DNA of 64,000 bases, from positions 1 through 64,000 of the IMG/VR virus record IMGVR_UViG_3300025084_003379. The stretch is one strand, 5' to 3'. Below are positions 58,465 through 64,000 of this stretch, piece after piece. The notes beneath the pieces were generated by a model that saw nothing but the letters and a program-made list of their open reading frames with translations, had not been told where the DNA came from and did not search any database. This stretch comes from a virus. Its lineage: Duplodnaviria; Caudoviricetes. The number at the start of each line of letters is the position of its first letter. Within the stretch, counting starts at the first letter, position 1. A program made the position numbers and the translations under genes.

Positions 58465-59966
58465 TGGAACTATCTCTGTCGGAAAATAAAAAGTTTTTAG
58501 TAATTGATTCATGCACCGAATTGGAATATGAGCAATTAAAATCTAGTCTTACTAAGAAAATAGAAGGTTGGAGATTTCACCCTCTAGTAAAGAAAAAGGT
58601 ATGGGATGGTAATATTTCATTTATCAAAAGAAATAAAATTCCGGCAGGGTTATGGAAAGAAGTAATTGATATATGTAAAGAATATGATTATCAATTTACA
58701 TTAAACGGTATAACTGATATTTTTGATACTTCTATAGATGAAGAAATATTTAGATCTTGGGTAGATGAGTTTTTTGCTACATCTGAAATTAAGCCTAGAG
58801 ATTATCAAATTGATGCAGCGATAAAGATTTTAAAGTATAGACGGTGTTTGGCTGAATTAGCAACATCTGCAGGTAAAACTTTAATTTCATTTATGGTGGT
58901 TGCTTATATGATGGAACAGTTAGGTAAAAAGAAAATCTTAATGATAGTACCTAATGTAAGTTTAGTTGTTCAAGCAAGCGGAGACTTTGAAGAATACAAT
59001 AAAGGCAGGGTACCTATTAAGATTCAACAAATTTATGCAGGCGTAAAATTACGAAAGAGTTCTAATGTTGTTATAGGTACTTACCAATCATTAACTAAAA
59101 AGGACGAGGAATACTTTAGCCAATTTGATGCAGTCTTTGTAGATGAAACTCATAAAGCAAAAGCAAATTCAATTCAAAAGATAATGGATAAATGCTGGCA
59201 TTGTGACTACAGATTTGGTTTGAGCGGTACTATTCCTAAAAGAGGAACTGTAAATAGACTAAGCTTAATGTCGGCAATGGGCCCATTAGTAACTCAAGTA
59301 AAAGCTGCTCACTTACAAGAAGAAGGTCATATTGCAAAATGTAAAGTATTGCAAATCCACATGGAATATGCAACCGATGCTCAAAAAGAAGCATTTTCAT
59401 CATTATCTAAAAACCCATATGATAGACAAAAGCTATTTAGTTTAGAACAGAACTTTATTAATGAAAGCGAAAAGAGGTTAGATTTCGTTTGTCAAGTAAT
59501 TAAAAAGTCTACATCTAATTCACTAGTGCTATTTCATAAAATAGCTTATGGTGAAAAGATATACCAAAAACTTCGAGCAATAACAGATAAGAAAGTTTAT
59601 TATGTAGACGGTTCTGTTAAATCTGATTTTAGAGAAGAGTTCAAAAAAAGAATGGAAAAAAATGATGATGTTATTATTGTAGCTTCGTATGGTACATTCT
59701 CAACCGGTATATCTATTAAAAATATACACAACATATTTTTTACTGAATCATTTAAATCCGAAGTGATCATTAGACAATCAATCGGTAGAGGATTAAGAAA
59801 GCACTCATCTAAAGACGTTGTAAAAATATATGATTTTATTGATGATTTCCGTTATAAAGTAGATGATCATGACTGGGTAAATTACATATACAGACATGGT
59901 ATGGAAAGAAGAAAAATTTACAAAGAGGAAAAGTTTCCATTTGAGGTGCAAAATGTTAGATACTAA
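58464..59966 (+). CDS. uvsW: SF2 DNA helicase UvsW
   Basis: PRDYQ, LATSAGKT, VDETH, GLSGT, ASYGTFSTGISI, QSIGRGLR. Confidence 0.95.
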   Translation: MELSLSENKKFLVIDSCTELEYEQLKSSLTKKIEGWRFHPLVKKKVWDGNISFIKRNKIPAGLWKEVIDICKEYDYQFTLNGITDIFDTSIDEEIFRSWVDEFFATSEIKPRDYQIDAAIKILKYRRCLAELATSAGKTLISFMVVAYMMEQLGKKKILMIVPNVSLVVQASGDFEEYNKGRVPIKIQQIYAGVKLRKSSNVVIGTYQSLTKKDEEYFSQFDAVFVDETHKAKANSIQKIMDKCWHCDYRFGLSGTIPKRGTVNRLSLMSAMGPLVTQVKAAHLQEEGHIAKCKVLQIHMEYATDAQKEAFSSLSKNPYDRQKLFSLEQNFINESEKRLDFVCQVIKKSTSNSLVLFHKIAYGEKIYQKLRAITDKKVYYVDGSVKSDFREEFKKRMEKNDDVIIVASYGTFSTGISIKNIHNIFFTESFKSEVIIRQSIGRGLRKHSSKDVVKIYDFIDDFRYKVDDHDWVNYIYRHGMERRKIYKEEKFPFEVQNVRY

Positions 59967-59993
59967 TATAGAATATCTTTCTTATGAGAGATG

Positions 59994-60007
59994 GATATAT
60001 AAAAAAA
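59994..60007 (+). promoter_or_regulatory. Class B (late-like) promoter
   Basis: GATATATAAAAAAA, preceded by the small hairpin ATCTTTC-TTAT-GAGAGAT. Confidence 0.5.
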
Positions 60008-60029
60008 GAATCAAAAAAAGATAATTATA

Positions 60030-61577
60030 ATGAAACCAATCAAAAAGTTTTCAATGATGACAAAGGCCGAAGGTTCAATTAATGAATCGGCAGATGTTAA
60101 TCACGATGCAGTAATGGATCTTGTTAAAAAACTCGGTTACGAAAGCGTTGACGAATTAAAGAAAGAAAAAAATCTTCTAACTAAATTAGAAGGTTTATTA
60201 AAGGATTTTACTCCTAAACAAGATATCTCTGAAGATGAGCTTGAAGAAGATAGAGCCGAAGATATAGCTGATGAAGTTAAAAAGAAAGGCGAACCTAAAT
60301 CATTAGAAGGTGAAGAAGGTGAAAAGGAAGAAGATAAAGAAACTGGTGCATCTGGTGAAGTCGCTGAAACTGATGAAGTTGAAGAAGATACCGCGAAAGA
60401 TATCGAAGATGAAGTATTAGCTAAAGGCGAACCTAAAGATATAGAAGATAAAGCAGGTGATAAGGTATCTGACGATCCTGAAATTACTGCTGATGTTCCT
60501 GCTGAAGCTGATGAAGTTAAAGATGAAGATGGTGTTGATGTTGCTGCTGAAGAAGAAGAAACACCAGCTGCTACTAGAAGAATTATGGCCTTTGAAGATT
60601 TTATTAAAGAAAAAGAAGTTACCGTAAATAAGAATGTTAAATATCACGATGATGATGAAGAACCTGAAGACTATGCTGTTCCTATAGCAGCGTCTAAAGA
60701 GCCTCTTTCTGAAGATGAAGAATCTAAAGGTATGGAAGATGAAAAAGAAGGTGATGAGCTAGAAGATAAAGGTGATAAGAAAGTTGATTCTGAGGATGAC
60801 AAAGAAAAAGCTGATCATTATAAAGGAGCTGTTAAATCTGATGACTCTGAAATTGATGCATTAAAGAAAGATGTTGAATATGATGAAGATGAAGAAAAGA
60901 AAGATGAATCAAGAATCATGTCTTTTTCAAACTTTGTAACTGAAGCTTATGTAGAAGAGGAAGATGAAGAAGTAGAAGAAGCTGAAGATACTGAAGAAGA
61001 TGAATCAGTAGAAGAAGGTGTTGGTGAAGTAATTACTAAAGTTGAAGGTGATGAAATTGCTGATGAAGTTGCTGGTGATGATGGTCTTGCTATTCCTGCA
61101 GAGAAAGGTGACGGTTCTGAAACCGCTGCTGGTATTGCTGGAGATATAATGGATATGGGTAAGGTAAAAGAACAACCTGAATCAAAAGGTGAAGAATTAG
61201 TTACTAAAGATCAAAATATTACAACTGAAGTAAAGGGTGAAGCTGATGATCTTAAGGATGCTACTGAAGTTCCTGCAGAAATGGGCGATGGTTCTGAATC
61301 TGCCGCAGGTATTGCTGGAGACATAATGAATATGGGTAAGGTAAAAGTACAACCTGAATCAAAAGGCGAAGCATTAGTTGGAGAAGCTAAGATTAATGAA
61401 AAGGATATTACTTCTGCTGATGAATTTAAAGAATATGCAATGGCAATTCTAAAAGATGCATTCGGAGATGACTTTGATGAAACTAAGGCAACTGAAACTG
61501 CTGAAGGATTACTTAAGAAGTATGGTGAAGATTATGGAGCAATGGTTGGAGCTTTACAATCTACGATGGGATCATAA
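60030..61577 (+). CDS. Highly acidic prohead core/scaffold-like or internal head protein
   Basis: D/E-rich; repeated CTS-like motifs (IMAFEDFIKE, IMSFSNFVTE) and internal duplications. Confidence 0.6.
   Translation: MKPIKKFSMMTKAEGSINESADVNHDAVMDLVKKLGYESVDELKKEKNLLTKLEGLLKDFTPKQDISEDELEEDRAEDIADEVKKKGEPKSLEGEEGEKEEDKETGASGEVAETDEVEEDTAKDIEDEVLAKGEPKDIEDKAGDKVSDDPEITADVPAEADEVKDEDGVDVAAEEEETPAATRRIMAFEDFIKEKEVTVNKNVKYHDDDEEPEDYAVPIAASKEPLSEDEESKGMEDEKEGDELEDKGDKKVDSEDDKEKADHYKGAVKSDDSEIDALKKDVEYDEDEEKKDESRIMSFSNFVTEAYVEEEDEEVEEAEDTEEDESVEEGVGEVITKVEGDEIADEVAGDDGLAIPAEKGDGSETAAGIAGDIMDMGKVKEQPESKGEELVTKDQNITTEVKGEADDLKDATEVPAEMGDGSESAAGIAGDIMNMGKVKVQPESKGEALVGEAKINEKDITSADEFKEYAMAILKDAFGDDFDETKATETAEGLLKKYGEDYGAMVGALQSTMGS
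61095..61371 (+). repeat. Imperfect ~100-bp direct repeat (61095-61194 and 61272-61371)
   Basis: Both copies encode PAE.GDGSE.AAGIAGDIM.MGKVK.QPESKGE. Confidence 0.85.
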
Positions 61578-61595
61578 TAAATTAAAACTAAAGAT

Positions 61596-61934
61596 ATGAG
61601 TAATATAAAAAAGTTTGCAGATTTTGTAAATGAATCTTTAAATGAAAGGTTTACTTTCGCCGATGCAGTAGATACTGCTGGTGAAGATGTAAAGAAAAAT
61701 GAAAAAGGTATTGCTACTGTTCTTAAAGCTCTTAAGGCCAGAAAAGCTGATGATATCATGATAATGACAGATACTACCGAAGATGAAGGTTCTGATTTAT
61801 TTGATGTTATTGGAGGAATGAAATCTCTTCCTATAGATTCTACTATTTATGATAAAGCATATCACGGCAAATATAAAGGTAAGAATGTAGTTGTATTTGA
61901 CGATGGTGAAGATCTTTTTGCATATACAAAATAA
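61596..61934 (+). CDS. Putative internal head protein (CTS-like)
   Basis: MSNIKKFADFVNE/SLNE. Confidence 0.65.
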   Translation: MSNIKKFADFVNESLNERFTFADAVDTAGEDVKKNEKGIATVLKALKARKADDIMIMTDTTEDEGSDLFDVIGGMKSLPIDSTIYDKAYHGKYKGKNVVVFDDGEDLFAYTK

Positions 61935-61941
61935 TTAAAAC

Positions 61942-62328
61942 ATGAAACATATTAAATTATTTGAACAATTTCTATTAGAATCCGATTTAGATAAATTTTA
62001 TAATAGTAAGATCAAGAATCCTAAAAGTGGTAGAGAAGTTACCGTAAAGACAATATTAGGAGATCCTGACAATCCTTTATATAAAAAGGTAAAGGCAAAG
62101 GAAGATCAACTAAAAGGTGGATCTGATGATAATTCCGAAGAAATTAAAAAGTTGGAGGATGAGATCAAGGAAATGGATGATCGCATAGAAATGATTAGAA
62201 TGGATATAGCTGAGATTGAAGATGAAGATCCTGATGATTATAGAATTCAAGAATTGGAAGAAGAAGAAGGTGGCTTGCTTGCTGATATTGAAATGGCTAA
62301 AGAGAAATTGGCTAAACTTAAAAAATAA
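61942..62328 (+). CDS. Putative internal head protein (CTS-like)
   Basis: MKHIKLFEQFLLE/S, NPKSGREV motif and acidic coiled coil. Confidence 0.65.
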   Translation: MKHIKLFEQFLLESDLDKFYNSKIKNPKSGREVTVKTILGDPDNPLYKKVKAKEDQLKGGSDDNSEEIKKLEDEIKEMDDRIEMIRMDIAEIEDEDPDDYRIQELEEEEGGLLADIEMAKEKLAKLKK

Positions 62329-62330
62329 CC

Positions 62331-63602
62331 ATGAAACATATAAAATTATTCGAGGAATGGCTGACTGACAAAGGTCAGCCATTTCTTTTTGAAGGTGGCG
62401 CCGCTGGTCACATGGCTCATCCATTTGATGATAAGGATTTAACCTTTGGTGATTTTAAGGCAATGATAGATGCTGGTCTTAGAGGTGAATTAAACTTTGA
62501 AGAAGAGGCTACCGAAAAGACTGATGGTCAAAATGCATTTGCTACTATTCAAGATGGCGAAGTTAAATTTGCAAGAAACAAAACAGAGTTAAAGAATCCA
62601 ATGACTCTTTCTGAATTTAAGAATAAATTTGAAGGTCATCCTAGTAAATTAGTACAAGATACTTTTCAATTTGCTGCACAAGATTTGGCTAGATTATTAA
62701 TGAACCTTTCTCCAGCTGACCAGGAAAAATATTTTAAGAATGGAAAAGACTTTATGAACATGGAGTTAATCTATTCACAAAACCCTAATGTTATTCATTA
62801 TGATACAGATGTTATTCAATTTCATGGTATAAAAGAAACGGATGGAAATGGTAATATTACAGGTACTAATAATAAACCTGCAAAAGAAATCGCAGATATA
62901 CTTAAAAAGGTTGAATCTGATATTGGTAAAACATTTAAAATAATTCCACCTAAGGCTATTAAATTACAAAAAGATTTAGATTTTACTGCAAATAAGAAAA
63001 GATTTATTAATCAAGTTAATGCTTTAGAAAAAAGATATGGTTTAACTGATAGTGATGAGGTTTCTAAATATCATGAAATGTGGTGGAGAGAATTAATTAA
63101 TAAACAATTTCCTTCACTATCACAAGATGTAAAAGAAGGTTTACTTAAGCGATGGGCATACGGAGATAAGAAGAGCTTAAACATGAGATCTCTCGCCAAA
63201 CAAACTGGACCTAAAGAAGCTGCGTTAGTTAAAAAGTTTGATAAAGAAGATGTTGCTAAAAAATATAAAGAAAACATTAGACCTTTTGAAGATCTGTTCT
63301 TGGAACTAGGTTCAGTGATTTTAAAAAATGCGTCTGACTTTTTAGCTGCTAATCCATCTGATGAAGCCCAAAGATTAAGAACACAAATACAAACAGCAGG
63401 GAGTAAGATTAAAAAGACTGGTGGCGCTGACCAAGTAAGAAAGGTAGAGGCTGAGTTAGCAAGGCTCGATAGAATTGGTGGAATAGAATCTATATTTCCA
63501 ACTGAAGGTATAGTATTTAAATATAAAGGAAAAATTTACAAACTAACTGGAACCTTTGCTGCAATTAATCAACTATTAGGTATCATTAAGTTCGGTAGAT
63601 AA
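62331..63602 (+). CDS. Ligase-superfamily (KxDG) nucleotidyltransferase-like protein with CTS-like N-terminus
   Basis: MKHIKLFEEWL; GGAAGHMAHPFDD; ATEKTDGQN (motif I-like); EGIVFKY...YKLTG (motif IV/V-like). Confidence 0.6.
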   Translation: MKHIKLFEEWLTDKGQPFLFEGGAAGHMAHPFDDKDLTFGDFKAMIDAGLRGELNFEEEATEKTDGQNAFATIQDGEVKFARNKTELKNPMTLSEFKNKFEGHPSKLVQDTFQFAAQDLARLLMNLSPADQEKYFKNGKDFMNMELIYSQNPNVIHYDTDVIQFHGIKETDGNGNITGTNNKPAKEIADILKKVESDIGKTFKIIPPKAIKLQKDLDFTANKKRFINQVNALEKRYGLTDSDEVSKYHEMWWRELINKQFPSLSQDVKEGLLKRWAYGDKKSLNMRSLAKQTGPKEAALVKKFDKEDVAKKYKENIRPFEDLFLELGSVILKNASDFLAANPSDEAQRLRTQIQTAGSKIKKTGGADQVRKVEAELARLDRIGGIESIFPTEGIVFKYKGKIYKLTGTFAAINQLLGIIKFGR

Positions 63603-63688
63603 AATAGTATATAGGCCTATATAGATCACCTGTATTAAGAGTTAGCATTTGTGATATTTGTATATACTCTGAAGATAATAGAGTAAGA

Positions 63689-63720
63689 TAAGGGGTAGGT
63701 ATTATGCTATCCTTTTTTTA
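63689..63720 (+). terminator. Probable intrinsic terminator
   Basis: AAGGGGTAG...CTATCCTTT stem with G-U pairs, then a T-run. Confidence 0.5.
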
Positions 63721-63738
63721 TATAGCTATTAAACTAAA

Positions 63739-63750
63739 GAATATATAAAT
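63739..63750 (+). promoter_or_regulatory. Class B (late-like) promoter
   Basis: GAATATATAAAT. Confidence 0.5.
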
Positions 63751-63770
63751 TGACAATATAAAATAAGCAA

Positions 63771-64000
63771 ATGAAAGAGTTAACTCAGATTTATAAAGAT
63801 GCAGGGCAACAATTAATAGAAGATCTTTTTAAGGATTATCTTGTAGTTTCAGAAAAACTATCAGGTTCTTCATTTTCATTTAAAAAAGGCGGTGAAGGAA
63901 TTACTTTTTATAAAGGTGGAAATCAAAAGCCTATTAACTTAATTGATAGGACTATAATGGTTTATTATGAAAAGCCTATTAATTTTATAAAATCTGTAAC
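63771..64000 (+). CDS. Ligase-motif protein, 3'-truncated by the window edge and absent from the ORF track
   Basis: MKELTQIYKDAG...YLVVSEKLSGSSFSF..., open to the window end; the EKLSG motif resembles ligase motif I. Confidence 0.7.
   Translation, partial: MKELTQIYKDAGQQLIEDLFKDYLVVSEKLSGSSFSFKKGGEGITFYKGGNQKPINLIDRTIMVYYEKPINFIKSV

Noticed and set aside
61990-62100. NPKSGREV motif resembling the NPxTGRxI core of the 2-cysteine adaptor domain
   Set aside because: The flanking cysteines are absent and the match is too short to assign.
1-64000. Stop-codon reassignment, as seen in some large Bacteroidota phages
   Set aside because: Conserved genes are full-length under the standard code, and TAG and TGA both end genes at sensible operon junctions (e.g. 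18716, 19090, 57803).
1-64000. Introns, inteins, homing endonucleases, transposases or integrases
   Set aside because: Ligase, primase, UvsW and gp32 are of normal length and uninterrupted; no HNH, GIY-YIG, LAGLIDADG or DDE transposase motifs were recognised.

Overview
AT-rich 64-kb segment of a T4-like (myovirus-type) jumbo phage, read in the standard genetic code and almost entirely on the + strand. The host is most likely Bacteroidota (Flavobacteriales-like): it encodes a Bacteroidia-type bS21, a protein with a T9SS-like C-terminal domain and a beta-barrel outer-membrane protein, and most gene starts are A-rich without a Shine-Dalgarno sequence. 0.3-12 kb is an accessory and host-takeover region: a ~430-460 nt structured non-coding RNA candidate, acetyltransferase, OMP, glycosyltransferase, tRNA-Gln, bS21, two HAD phosphatases, PspC, GH73 muralytic enzyme, DnaJ, DNA ligase and dCMP deaminase. 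12.5-17.4 kb is a Gly-X-Gln collagen-like fibre. 19.7-54.2 kb is a baseplate, neck and tail module (gp53, hub, gp5 spike, gp13, gp25, gp6, gp7-like, large virion proteins, tube-like protein) interrupted by a four-domain S1 protein and an amidoligase. 54.5-60 kb holds a RuvC-like resolvase, GroES, gp32, a primase-like protein, UvsY and UvsW. 60-64 kb is a cluster of proteins carrying T4 capsid-targeting-like N-termini, ending in two ligase-motif proteins. Two promoter classes recur (AAAC-N17/18-TATAAT and a single-box AATA(T/A)ATA late-like motif). All functional calls come from motif recognition by eye; no database searches were run.
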